A stretch of 63,967 bases of DNA, filler included, from Octopus bimaculoides (lineage: Eukaryota), in the NCBI RefSeq assembly GCF_001194135.2. It is 6 parts of 5 records of this genome, joined end to end, with 100 filler letters (N's around TTAATTAATTAA, not from the genome) between each part and the next. Parts side by side here need not be neighbours in the genome. Positions count along the whole stretch, not along the records: positions 24,783 to 47,486 come from NC_068981.1; positions 47,587 to 58,049 come from NC_068985.1; 4 more parts are not named here. One strand, 5' to 3'. Below, one piece after another: positions 37,386-49,625 of the stretch (position 1 is its first letter; every line of letters starts with the position of its first letter). The notes below the pieces were generated by a model. The model searched no databases. It saw only the letters and a program-made list of their open reading frames with translations, and was not told where the DNA came from. The position numbers and the translations under genes are program-made.

Positions 37386-38201
37386 CTATTGAAGAAATAA
37401 AATTTAAAAAAAAAAAACATCATTTTCCAAGAGAATTTAAGCAAGTTCACCATTGGTTTCAAATTTTGGCACAAAGACAGCAATTTGGGGGAAAGGGCCA
37501 AGTCAAATCAACTCCTAAAGGATGAAAGGCAAAAATCAACTTCAGTAGAATTTGAACTCAGAACATAGAGACGGATGAAATGCCGCTAAGCATCTTACCA
37601 GTGTGCTAATGATTTTGCCAGATTGTCGCCTTAAAGCAAGTTTGTTATTATCTTGGTGAACATAAGAAGATGGATCATGTCAGTGATTTACATTTTTAAG
37701 ATCAAGTGCACAAATTTGAAAAGATTCAAAAATTTACAAATGATTTTTTTTTTTTTTCTGAAAGGAATTAAAAATTTTGAAATTTTATTGCCTCTTCAAT
37801 CCTTTCATATTTTGTTTAAAGTTACCCTGTCAAATTACAGATTACACAAATAAAAACAAAAGTTGTACATGATAATCACCAACACAAATGCTTGCTATGT
37901 TTGATAGTTTCTTAGATAAAATAGACCTCTGATCATCCTGGCTTCTTTTCAGGATTAGCATCTCGCAGATACATCACTTAGATTTATAAGATATGAAAGG
38001 TACAATGTGGGGAAATTCTGTTACTAACAGGCTGAGTGATCATGTAGAGGCCAAAATGCTTGCAAATTTATTTAAAACCAACATTGAAAAGAAAGAAGAC
38101 TACTCTAACAACATTGTTATATTTTAATGCTTAGCATTATTTGGTGTACTAAACTCAGTAATATGGCCTCATAAAAAAATGGGAAAATAAAAATCACTAA
38201 C

Positions 38202-38357
38202 CTTCTCTTCAAGTGTTTTGATTGTTGTTGTGGTAGTGTTAAGCACCACAGTAACTTCAGGTTTCTCAGCACAAACATAGCATTTGGGATTGGGTTTTAC
38301 CAAAGCACATGGTGCTAACAATTGTTTACGGGATGCTGGTTGCCGGTTCAAGTAAAC
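38202..38357 (-). CDS. UBA2: UBA2 exon with second Zn-ligand pair (VYLNRQP...PNPKCYVCAEKPEV...LEEK)
   Basis: 156 bp, AG/GT bounded; CYVC motif. Confidence 0.95.
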
Positions 38358-39220
38358 CTTTACAGTATCAAAAAGATGCAAAGACATTATATTAAAGAAA
38401 AAAAGAATGTAAACATGCTTATATAAATAATCATTTCTTTGTTAAAATTTATAGTAACACTGCATGATATAACTAGAATGAGTATTAATTTAAGTAATTT
38501 AAACTATTAACATTCTAATTCGCGTTCTTAAAATTCATCACATTTCAGTTAATGCATGCTTCAGTTATCATCTGATGTTAGGCATGTTACATAATAAGAT
38601 AAAGATATCTATCTCTACATCAGGCACATGACTGCCAGATAGCAAAATCAATTAAGCTTATACTGAATTCACAAACCATTTTTTTCTTTATTTGTTTTCT
38701 ACTGGATTATGCCTAATACAAATTTCAATGTGAATTTGTTAGCTGATGCCTAGCTTATTTACATACATGTATGTATATGTATGTTAAATTGAGATTACTA
38801 ATTTAAAGCTACTTTAAGAACGACTACGGAACATTTACTAACGGGGTGACTCAATACTGAGAGTGGAGTGAAATTTTAATTTTTTATGTATTTCAAGTTG
38901 CTTAGGACTAAGTTTCACTTAACAGTTTATTTAATTGTTAGAGTAGACTATAAGCTCCAATCAAGATAAAATTTAAAATATAAATACATATAAGAGAGAA
39001 TATGTCTAAATGTGGTGTAGATTGAAATATAAAAATTATCAACTTGATAAACAAATGCTATTCAAGTAATAAGTCATTTAAAAACACAAACACAAACATA
39101 AGAACATGAAGCTATTTATTAATTGAACTGTATAGCATGGGATGTTAATATTTAAATCTACAGAGTTCTTGGCTGACTAGAAAGATGAACAAATTTTGGT
39201 GAACATAAATAAAGTTTTAC

Positions 39221-39333
39221 CATTTTACATTTGTCAATATTTCCTGAGAGTATTTTGAGAGCTTCAATGACTATCAATCCTGCAATGATGGCATTAGTTG
39301 TAGCAATTGCAGGAATAATGTTCCCAGCCATGG
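39221..39333 (-). CDS. UBA2: UBA2 exon ([28 protein letters not shown])
   Basis: 113 bp, AG/GT bounded; nearly identical to the canonical E1 motif. Confidence 0.97.
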
Positions 39334-40276
39334 CTGTCACATAAAAAAAAAAAACAAAAAAAAACATTACATGACTTTCACTGTACTAAAAACAGACAAC
39401 CAACAACAAAAATGCATGAAAATAATATCCATTTATTCTATCTTACACATGAAACTTGAAATTAATTTCATATACCATATATACTCGACTATAAAACGCC
39501 CTTGCTTATAAGATGCACCCCTGACTTACAAGGTTCAAATCGGGAATTTTATCATTGAAGAAAAAGCAATGTCATTACAACAAATCTTTATTTCAATGTT
39601 CCTAAAGTTATATAGTTCCACCATCAGGTGAAGTCCTTGTTGCAGTGTGGAGGTTTGCATGTCTCAATGATCCTGAGAGGTATTCCATTGGAGTGCAAGC
39701 CCCTGGTAGAGCCTTCCATGCTGGACAGGTCAAAGGACAGAGGCCAGACTAAAATGGACTGCCTCTTCCCAGAGGTGAAAAATGGGTTTGCATAGGGCTA
39801 ACAACCCTACCTAGAGAAGCATTAGTGATAATTCAAAATCAAAATGACCTGAACAGGCGAGGCCTTCCTTCAGAGAAGCAGGAAACACAACCCAAAGCCA
39901 AGAACAGTGGCAAAAAAGGCATTAATGATTTACGCTCCATAGGTAGTCATCATCATCATTTAACATTTGTTTTCCATGCTAGCATGGGTTGGACAGTTTG
40001 ACAGGAGTTGGCAAGCTGGAGAATTGTTTAGACAGCTTCTACGGTTGGATGCCCTTCCTAATACCAACCACAAAGTGAACTGGGAATTAATTATATGGTA
40101 TTGACACAGGTGCTTTTTACCTGTACCGGTGCCATGTAAAAGCACTTAAATAAGTAAACTGATAGTTGCAGCAATGTGCAGTGAACATAAAACCAACAGA
40201 AAATATTTGAATAGGTTTCTCGTTAATGGACATTTGTTACAATGTTGACAATAAGTACCAACCAAAAAACACTCAC

Positions 40277-40370
40277 ATTTAATGTCAAATCGTGACTTAA
40301 TGGGGATGCCAAAAATATGAGCTCGTATGTTACTGGTAGCTGTGACAAAATCCATTGCAACATCATCATC
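40277..40370 (-). CDS. UBA2: UBA2 exon (DDDVAMDFVTATSNIRAHIFGIPIKSRFDIK)
   Basis: 94 bp, ctacag / gtgagt. Confidence 0.97.
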
Positions 40371-40527
40371 CTGTAGAAAAAAAAACAAAAAACACAATGT
40401 AAAAATAATCTCTAAAATATATATATCAAAACAAAAAAAAAATATTCCACTAAATCTATTTTTTTTTCTATTTAAGATGACAGACTGTGGTTTGAGGGAG
40501 ATTTAGCTGCTGTTTCTAGCATGTGTG

Positions 40528-40900
40528 AGTGGAGGCGCAATGGCCCAGTGGTTTGGGCAGCGGACTCGCGGTTTCGATTCCCAGACCGGGCGTTGTGAGT
40601 ATTTATTGAGCGAAAACACCTAAAGCTCCACCAGGCTCCGGCAGGGGATGGTGGCGAACCCTGCTGTACTCTTCCACCACAACTTTCTCTCACTTTTACT
40701 TCCTGTTTGTGTTGTGCCTGTAATTCAAAGGGTCAGCCTTGTCACACTGTGTCACGCTGAATATCCCCGAGAACTATGTTAAGGGTACATGTGTCTGTGG
40801 AGTACTCAACCACTTGCACGTTAATTTCACGAGCAGGCTGTTCCGTTGATCGGATCAACTGGAACCCTCGACGTCGTAAGCGACGGAGTGCCAACAACAA
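40528..40900 (+). mobile_element. tRNA-derived SINE, family A, young copy
   Basis: A-box-like TGGCCCAGTGG, B-box-like GTTTCGATTCCC, (CAA)n tail; 12-bp TSD CTAGCATGTGTG at 40516-40527 and 40901-40912. Confidence 0.9.
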
Positions 40901-41121
40901 CTAGCATGTGTGTGTGTGTGTGTGTGCATATGTTTGTCCCCCACCACTACTTGTTTATGGCCCCCATAACTTAGCAGTTCAGCAAATGAACCCAATGGAA
41001 TAAATGCTAGGCTTAAAAAAGAAATAAATACTGGAATTGATTTGTTCAACAAAAATTCTTCAAGGTGCCCCAGCATGGCCACAGTCTGATGACTGAAACA
41101 AGTAAAAGAATCTAAACTTAC

Positions 41122-41247
41122 CTTATCCCAGACAAGTTGGCCGCCATCACCTTGTTTGGCGAGTTCTGTTTTGAGCGCAGAGAGGCAGTTGCTAAACACA
41201 TCTGCATAGTCTTTTATCGATTGGATCTGTTGATCTTTGATTAATGT

Positions 41248-41289
<42 letters not shown>

Positions 41290-41297
41290 GTGAGGGA
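41122..41297 (-). CDS. UBA2: UBA2 exon with poly-Ser (PH-S14-TLIKDQQ...QLVWDK)
   Basis: 176 bp, ttttgcag / gtaagt; LKDQQ and LIWDK homology to human. Confidence 0.93.
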
Positions 41298-41628
41298 CTG
41301 CAAAAAAAAGAAAATAGATGTAGAAACACTCAATAAGTTCTAACATTTGCTTGATTTTAAATATTTTAAAAGATAAATCTGAATTTTAAAATTTCAACAT
41401 TAAAATCTTGTAAAAGTTTTTCTTGTTTAAGGCTTGCTTTCATGGTTTCAACTATTTAAAAATCTATTAGTGCAGCTAAATAGTTAGTTAAAACATTTGA
41501 CAACCACAATGTATAGCACTTTTGGTAAGCATCTTCTACTACAGCCTTGAGTTAGCCAATACTTTACAAGTAAAATTTAGTAGATGGAAAAAAAAGAAAG
41601 AAACTGAAAATATAAAAACACTATGTAC

Positions 41629-41728
41629 CTGTGGTGGGCAGGGATTGATAAACCATTGGTGTGGGAGGTTTTCGTTTCTCCCATAGTTTTTCCATTGAAA
41701 GTAAATATTTGATGTCATCATGGAACAG
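41629..41728 (-). CDS. UBA2: UBA2 exon (LFHDDIKYLLSMEKLWEKRKPP)
   Basis: 100 bp, ttttcag / gtacat. Confidence 0.95.
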
Positions 41729-42515
41729 CTGAAAAATATAAACAAAACATTGATAATTAATGGCCCCAAACTTTAAAATAGAACCAGAAAACGTTTGCTG
41801 TTCTTGCCTAGCAAGTGTTAAAATATGAGACCATGTTGAAACTGAAATATTGTGGAAATGCAGTTTTTAGCCATTTAACCCTTTCGATACCAACCCATCT
41901 GAAACCACCTCTGGTTCTGAAGTACAAAATGTCTTGTTTTCATAAGTTTTGAATTAAAATCTTCCACCAAACCTTAGTCACAATTTATTTTCCTAACACT
42001 AGCTTAATGATAACTAAGTTATTTTACTAAATTGTTTATATTTAAAATTAACTGAAAGAAACAGAACATCTCAAAATAAATACGGTAAAGGAAGGACTAA
42101 TATCACACAAATTTCACTTCAAATTGTAATTACTAAATGGATAAAAAAAGTTTTTCTATGAAGTAATAGTATAAGAAAAAAAGCAAGAAGGACATTCATT
42201 ATCATCATTATCAACCCTTGGACATAACTGTTTTGAACCCCAGGACTAAACCAGTTTCCATGCTGTAGAAACCATGCCAAAACAAACAGCAAAGCTTGGT
42301 GCTGTCTTCTGACTCACCAGATCCTGTCAAACAGACATCAGATGATGATAATGATAACAAGTGACCAAGATCACAATATTCATCTTGAATAGGATCCTGG
42401 GTGGACTGGAGCGATGTGAGATGAAGTGTTTTACTCAAGAACACAACACACCTCCCAGTCTGGGAATCAAAACCACAATCTTTCAATCATAAACACATCA
42501 CACTAACCACTAGAC

Positions 42516-42744
42516 CAGCGTTTATCAACAGGGGTTCTGCGAGAAAGAGTGAGATGAGCTAATGCTAATTTCATGATATATATATATATGTATGTATTTA
42601 TTTACAATGTGATATTTACTACATGAACTATGATAAAAAAAATATGAGGAAGATATGGTATATAATTTTTTTTGTACAGGGGTTCCTTGAGACATGCAAT
42701 TTATTTTAAGGGTTACGCAAGAGTAAAAAGGTTGAGAAACACTG
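42516..42744. mobile_element. hAT (Charlie-like) MITE
   Basis: TIR CAGCGTTTATCAAC / GTTGAGAAACACTG; perfect 8-bp TSD CACTAGAC. A related element with CAGTGGTTCTCAA ends lies at about 48155-48407. Confidence 0.85.
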
Positions 42745-42843
42745 CACTAGACCATGCACCTCCACTTAAAAGGATATTGTTACGATAAGATATAAGTAGC
42801 AAGAAAAAGACAAAATGTAGGAAATATTGAATAATTTACATAC

Positions 42844-42968
42844 TTTGTTGAAAATTTTCTGGAAATCATAGCCAGTTTCATGAGCCCAAGCTCTAGTGGA
42901 CTTTCTGTCAATACCACCAGCAGCATCAGTTTTAGAACTGGAATTAAGGGCAGATTCTCCAGCATCAG
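42844..42968 (-). CDS. UBA2: UBA2 exon (DAGES...IDRKSTRAWAHETGYDFQKIFNK)
   Basis: 125 bp, ctatag / gtatgt; matches human IKRISTKEWAKSTGYDPVKLFTK. Confidence 0.93.
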
Positions 42969-43128
42969 CTATAGAACAGAAAAATGAAATATTAAGAAAA
43001 TAATATTTGGACTGAAAATATAACCAATACAAAAATATTAAGCCAAGTTTAAAATTTGAATTGAAAAAAATAAAATATTATTAGTTAATTAAAAAAATTA
43101 ATTTTTAATTAATGTTATATGTAATAAG

Positions 43129-43500
43129 GTGGAGGCGCAATGGCCCAGTGGTTAGGGCAGCGGACTTGCGGTCATAGGATCGCGGTTTCAATTCATAGAC
43201 CGGGCGTTGTGAGTGTTTATTGAGCGAAAACACCTAAAGCTCCACGAGGCTCCGGCAGGGGATGGTGGCGAACCCTGCTGTACTCTTTCACCACAACTTT
43301 CTCTCACTCTTACTTCCTGTTTCTGTTGTACCTGTATTTCAAAGGGCCAGCCTTGTCACACTGTGTCACGCTGAATATCCCCGAGAACTACGTGGATTGC
43401 TCAGCCACTTGCACATTAATTTCACGAGCAGGCTGTTCCGTTCATCGGATCGACTGGAACCCTCGACGTCGTAAGTGACGGAGTGCCAACAACAACAACA
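43129..43500 (+). mobile_element. tRNA-derived SINE, family A
   Basis: Nearly identical to the 40528 copy; TSD ATATGTAATAA. A 5'-cut copy lies at 60314-60644. Confidence 0.9.
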
Positions 43501-44087
43501 AATATGTAATAAACTTGTGGGAATAAATATATTAANNNNNNNNNNNNNNNNNNNNNNNNNNNNNNNNNNNNNNNNNNNNNNNNNNNNNNNNNNNNNNNNN
43601 NNNNNNNNNNNNNNNNNNNNNNNNNNNNNNNNNNNNNNNNNNNNNNNNNNNNNNNNNNNNNNNNNNNNNNNNNNNNNNNNNNNNNNNNNNNNNNNNNNNN
43701 NNNNNNNNNNNNNNNNNNNNNNNNNNNNNNNNNNNNNNNNNNNNNNNNNNNNNNNNNNNNNNNNNNNNNNNNNNNNNNNNNNNNNNNNNNNNNNNNNNNN
43801 NNNNNNNNNNNNNNNNNNNNNNNNNNNNNNNNNNNNNNNNNNNNNNNNNNNNNNNNNNNNNNNNNNNNNNNNNNNNNNNNNNNNNNNNNNNNNNNNNNNN
43901 NNNNNNNNNNNNNNNNNNNNNNNNNNNNNNNNNNNNNNNNNNNNNNNNNNNNNNNNNNNNNNNNNNNNNNNNNNNNNNNNNNNNNNNNNNNNNGACCAAC
44001 CCATGCCAGCATGGGAAACAGACGTTAAAGGATGATGATGATGATGAGAGATTTTTTTTTAAGCATTAGTCCAGATGATTTATTTAC

Positions 44088-44155
44088 CAGTCAATTCAGG
44101 GTCCTCAGTATCAGGTGAAACATCTTGATCTGGATCGTCTTCCCCAAAAAGTTGG
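44088..44155 (-). CDS. UBA2: UBA2 exon (QLFGEDDPDQDVSPDTEDPE)
   Basis: 68 bp, ttctccag / gtaaat. Confidence 0.95.
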
Positions 44156-45484
44156 CTGGAGAAAAAAAAAAACAGTATTTGATAATAGATACTACTCAGT
44201 GGCTATATCAATATTTTATCTACTTCTGTTTTGATTAAAATAACAGTTATCTATAATACAGTTCTATATTTAAGAGATGAGAAATTATGTACATTATTTA
44301 CATTTGACGGATATTTGTCCTCATCTTGTATCTATAATTCCATGTCAAATATTTACCCTAAAACCATACTTATAATTTCTAGTTTCATATTTAATATGTC
44401 TGTTGTCAACAATTAAATGAAAAAATACTAAGCAATACATAAGTGGAGAGTAGTTATGTCTTGCAAACAAGTGGTACCAGTCGAAAGCTACACATACTGG
44501 AAGTCAGCAAGTATATGGGGTCATCAGGAGAGAATGCGCGCAGTTTCAGGGCTTACCTCTCTACGGCATCAATGTGCAACCCACCCCCTCCAACTGATAT
44601 GAGGCTCCGCTTGCTAGATCAACTGGTTATCAAATAAAGCTCAATATTCTTCAAAAACATTATTAGGTAGCTGAATTTAGTCAAGTCCGTCCTAATAGAT
44701 AAAATTAAATGGGATTAGGACAGAAGTGTACTACCGATCAGTTCAATATCAAATTAATATAATTATGCTTCTTGCATACATCTACCAATACCTTTCATAT
44801 CCAGCCACTATAACTCATTTGCTCATCATACTTAGATTAGTCCATTTTTACAGCTTATGTACGGCACTTAACAAATATCTTACACTTCTATTTTTGCCAA
44901 AGTCATAGAAGCACCACGTAGGTGCCATGTAAAAAGCACTCAGTACACTGTATAAAGTGGTTGGCATTCGGAAGGGCACCCAGCTGTAGAAACCAAACCA
45001 AAACTGATGACTGGAACCTAGTGCAGCTTTCCAACTCTACCCAAACCATCCAACCCATGCCAGCATGGAAAACAGACATTAAATGATGTTTAGATCTAGA
45101 TCAATCCTAATCAAATAGACTTATGATCAAATGCATACCATTCATATGCCAAAAAGTACTGTCGTCTAAACAGGCTGAGTGACCCACATTTTTTGAACAT
45201 CAAGGGCTACATTAACCAATGAACCCTTTAAAAAAAAAAAGGATGTGATTTTCAGATTTGACTGCTACCTCTAAACAGGTCAAGTAACAGCAAAGAGGAT
45301 TCCCTGTTGGACCATTTCAACAGAGGTATCACCAGCATCATGTAATGGACATTAAATGATAATTATGATGATAAACAGATCTCAAAATCTTTTCCAGCCT
45401 TTGACAATTCTAGATATGTTGTTGCAATCTCATCTCTGGAAATAATTATATCATCTAGATGTTGGATTTTATCCACATCTTCGA

Positions 45485-45760
45485 TCGATTGATGTCCAAT
45501 ATTTTAAATCTGGGTTTGTACTCGTTAACGGGGGTGGCCGGATCTATCTCACTCTTACAGCAACCGCACTCACACCACCTCGCCCGGTTTGGGGCGTCCT
45601 TCCTCCTCAAGCCAACCTTCCCAATCTCCTCCTCCACCTGTCCCCTCCATGTTTGCTTTGGTTGACCTCGCTTTTATGGCTCACTCACTTTAAACTCAAG
45701 CACTCTCCTCAGAACATGTTCCTTAGCCCTCTTCAACACATGTCCACTAAACAATTTGGA
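45485..45760 (-). mobile_element. RTE-clade LINE 3' end
   Basis: Reads GHVLKRAKEHVLRRVLEF...G.PKQTW...EEIGKVGLRRKDAPNRARW, then tail CCGGCCACCCCCGTTAACG. Confidence 0.75.
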
Positions 45761-46189
45761 AAGTCAAAGCCCCAGTTCGTTCAGCTGTTCCCAAAGTTTT
45801 GATATCTCCAAAAGTTGGGCTATGAGTAACTTTATAAATGAATCCAGAATTTGCTGTGACAACAGTAATTTTGGGCACTGGAGGCAAACAAATGCAAAGA
45901 AATATACACATAGAGATAAAGAGAATGAGACATTACAATTTATTTAACTGAACACAATTGACATAAACACTTCCCCCCCTCCTCATGCACATTAACAGAG
46001 AGAGAGACAGAGACAGACAGACAGACAGAGATTAAAATATCTGAGGTCAAGTATGTCAGCATTTAATCATTGATGCTAAAATAGCTGTGCCAAAATGTCT
46101 CATACCTGGTCTATAATTCTAACAAGGTTACAGATCAGAAGAAAATAGGTTAAAAATAGGCATGTGCACAAACACACACACATACATAC

Positions 46190-46311
46190 TTGAAAAGATG
46201 TTTTGCCCATACAACACAATGAATAGGTTCAGATGGTGTATTCCGGATTGTGCAACCAGGGAATGTCTTTTGAGTGGGTTTTGGTTGGCATTCATAGCAC
46301 TCCGTTAAACC
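46190..46311 (-). CDS. UBA2: UBA2 catalytic-cysteine exon ([40 protein letters not shown])
   Basis: 122 bp, tctttag / gtatgt; CYEC Zn pair and active-site Cys codon at 46252-46254. [18 protein letters not shown] is the UBA2 signature. Confidence 0.97.
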
Positions 46312-47586
46312 CTAAAGAAATACACAAAACACAACAGGAATTAATAAAAGACCTGATAAGATAAGAAAATGCAAGAAAAGTAAGTTGAAATTTAATCTTC
46401 CTAGTCTGCAAACATTAAACTAACTTCAAATAAACCTAACAGACTGATGATAGCCACCAGTCAGTAACAAAATATCAACAATCTCAGCCTTTCTCCAAAC
46501 AGAATGTGATCTTTAATATGATAAGCAGGCAACAAATTTACTGTACATGACAATGTTTAAGGTAATACATAACATGCTTTATATCATCAGTGTCATTTAA
46601 GGTCTGCCTTCCTTGCTGTCATGGGTTAGACAGTTTGACTGAAACTGGTAAATTGGAGGACTGCACCAGGTTCCAATCTGATTAGGCAAGTTTCTACAGC
46701 TGGATGTCCTTCTTAACACCAACCATTCCAAGAGTGTAATGAGTACTTTTTACGTGCCACGACTATGATCTCACTTGGCTTCACGGGTCTTCTCAAGCAT
46801 GGCATATCGCCAAAAGTCTGTCATTTTTATAAGACAACTTAAAAGCCTTTTCAAATTATCTTGTTTATTACTCACTAAAAAGCACCTTAGCTGATGTTAC
46901 ATAAAAAAACATGAAGCACACTTTGTGAAGTGGATGACATTATGAAGGGCATCCACCCATGGAAGCCAAGCAAAATCAGGCTGGAAACTGGTATAGCTCT
47001 CCAGCTTGGCAGTTCAGAACAGACCGTCCAACCCATGCCAGCATGGACAACAAATGTAAAAATAATGATGATGATGATGATGATGATATTCACTATATAA
47101 TGCAAAGTTTACATCACTTATCACTTACAGATCATAGTTTAATAATAAAGACAGAGAAATCAGAGTATTTTCTTCATTGTAATTCATGAATGATGTTTTC
47201 CCACATGGCATCATCATCATCATCATTGTTTAACGTCCGCTTTCCATGCTAGCATGGGTTGGACGATTTGACTGAGGACTGGTGAAACCGGATGGCAACA
47301 CCAGGCTCCAATCTAATTTGGCAGAGTTTCTACAGCTGGATGCCCTTCCTAACGCCAACCACTCAGAGAGTGTAGTGGGTGCTTTTACGTGTCACCCGCA
47401 CGAAAACGGCCACGCTCAAAATGGTGTCTTTTACGTGCCACCCGCACAAGAGCCAGTCCAGGGGCACTGGCAACGATCTCGCCCGANNNNNNNNNNNNNN
47501 NNNNNNNNNNNNNNNNNNNNNNNNNNNNNNTTAATTAATTAANNNNNNNNNNNNNNNNNNNNNNNNNNNNNNNNNNNNNNNNNNNN

Positions 47587-47670
<84 letters not shown>

Positions 47671-47900
47671 GTGTGTGTGTGTAGAGAGAGAGAGAGAGAA
47701 TTCACAAAAAAAAAACAGTTGGTGTTGGCAACAAACAAATGTATGTGGGTGTGCGTGTGCATATATGTATGTATATACGTACATATATATGTGTCATAAA
47801 TTTAATATGTAACAAACCAGATTGGAGTGTCTGTGAACCAGAAATCAAATTAAAAGTAAATAAATTTGTATATGTACTTTTTCAAAGCTTAATGACCTAC

Positions 47901-47975
47901 CTGCATCTGGAATTACTTCTACTTCTTCATCAAATTCATCATCTTGCTGTGGCTTCATGTCGACAATTGCCCGAT
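47901..47975 (-). CDS. Candidate orphan exon (DRAIVDMKPQQDDEFDEEVEVIPDA), gene unknown
   Basis: 75 bp, tatag acceptor and CAG|gtaggt donor; open only in the symmetric phase-1 frame; no resemblance to UBA2. Confidence 0.4.
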
Positions 47976-48761
47976 CTATAATATTACAAACATTTAAATT
48001 TGCAAGTGACGTCATACAACTATTTTATTACTGTAGCTAATATGAAGTTGGAGCATTTTTATAGACAGACATTGAAGCGTCGAGTGAGTTGGTGTTTTGA
48101 AAATGAAGTAGATCCCGAACGCAGGAGAATAGCTGTAAAAAAACAGCTTAAAGCAGTGGTTCTCAACCGTTTATTACCTATGGTCCCCTTTGACTCCTAT
48201 TTTACTCAGGTGGACCCTTGTAACCATTTCATGTTTGAAAGATTCGTATATTAATTTTGTAATTAAATATCATTAGGAATTGCTTAAAAAATTATGAAAG
48301 TATTTTGTGTACTGTAAGGAGTATAACCAATACATTGCACTAACTTTAACGGTAAAATCTCATATGGATCCTCAAGGGCCATATGGACCCCAATTGAGAA
48401 CCACTGGCATGTATTCTATAGGTCGCTTATGCTGAGCCGCTACAGAGTATCTTGCTGGCCACATCTGTAAGGATATTTTCACAGCGAATATCCTGCGTTC
48501 GAGATTTCCTTAATTTCTAAAATACCAAATTGCTTTTGTAAATAAAATTGTTAGAATTCAAGTCGAATCAGTGGTAGTCAATAAAGCGGTCACTGGCAGA
48601 ATCTTTACTACGCCGGACAGAATGCTTAGCGGCATTTCGTCCGTCTTTACGTTCTGAGTTCAAAATACACCGAGGTTGATTTTGCCTTTTATGTTTTCGG
48701 GGTCGATAAAATAAGTATCAATTAAGTAGTGGGGTCGATGTAATCGACTTAACCCCTCTGC

Positions 48762-49324
48762 TACGGAGATATTGAGCATGCTTCAGCAAGCTTACGGCAA
48801 CGAGGCAATGGGTTGTACGCGATGTTTCGAGTGGCACGGGCGCTTCAAAAGCGTAAGAACCTCCCTGAAAGACGATGAGTGATCTGGAAGATCTGCCACG
48901 TGCATCATCCACCGAAATGTGGTATTGTGTATCTAGAATTCGTCCACCAGGGCCAACCTGTCAATCGAGAGTTCTACCTCAACGCTTTGAAACGTTTGAG
49001 GGACGACATTCGGCGAAAGCGACCGGATCTGTGGAACACGAAGAATTGGATTCCTCACTCGCGAATTTCTCACCAAAAACAACATGGTATTGCTTCTGCA
49101 CCCGGCCTATTCGACAGATCTGGCACCTGCGGACTTCTATCTCTTCCCGAAAAATAAAATGTAGCTTAAAGGTCGCCGTTTTAACACCGTTGTCGAGATC
49201 CAGAGCAAATCTCAGAAGGTCCTCGAGTCACTTACAGAAAAAGACTTCCAGGCCGGATTCCAAAAGTGGCAGGAACGCTGGGACCGGTGTATCGCTGGGT
49301 AAGGCGATTATTTCGAAGGAGGTA
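48762..49324 (+). mobile_element. Second copy of the deleted mariner family (partial)
   Basis: Co-linear with 14058-14660, including the same deletion junction. Confidence 0.85.
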
Positions 49325-49480
49325 NNNNNNNNNNNNNNNNNNNNNNNNNNNNNNNNNNNNNNNNNNNNNNNNNNNNNNNNNNNNNNNNNNNNNNNNNNNN
49401 NNNNNNNNNNNNNNNNNNNNNNNNNNNNNNNNNNNNNNNNNNNNNNNNNNNNNNNNNNNNNNNNNNNNNNNNNNNNNNNN

Positions 49481-49515
<35 letters not shown>

Positions 49516-49592
49516 CATACATATATGTATATATAAACACACACACACACACAACACACATACACACGCATGCACACACACATACACACACA

Positions 49593-49625
<33 letters not shown>

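Noticed and set aside
40528-40600. tRNA gene
   Set aside because: A/B-box head of a SINE with body, tail and TSD; no complete cloverleaf.
45756-45890. Exon-like stretch after a ctccag acceptor inside a UBA2 intron
   Set aside because: Continuous with the RTE LINE remnant and ends in stop codons.
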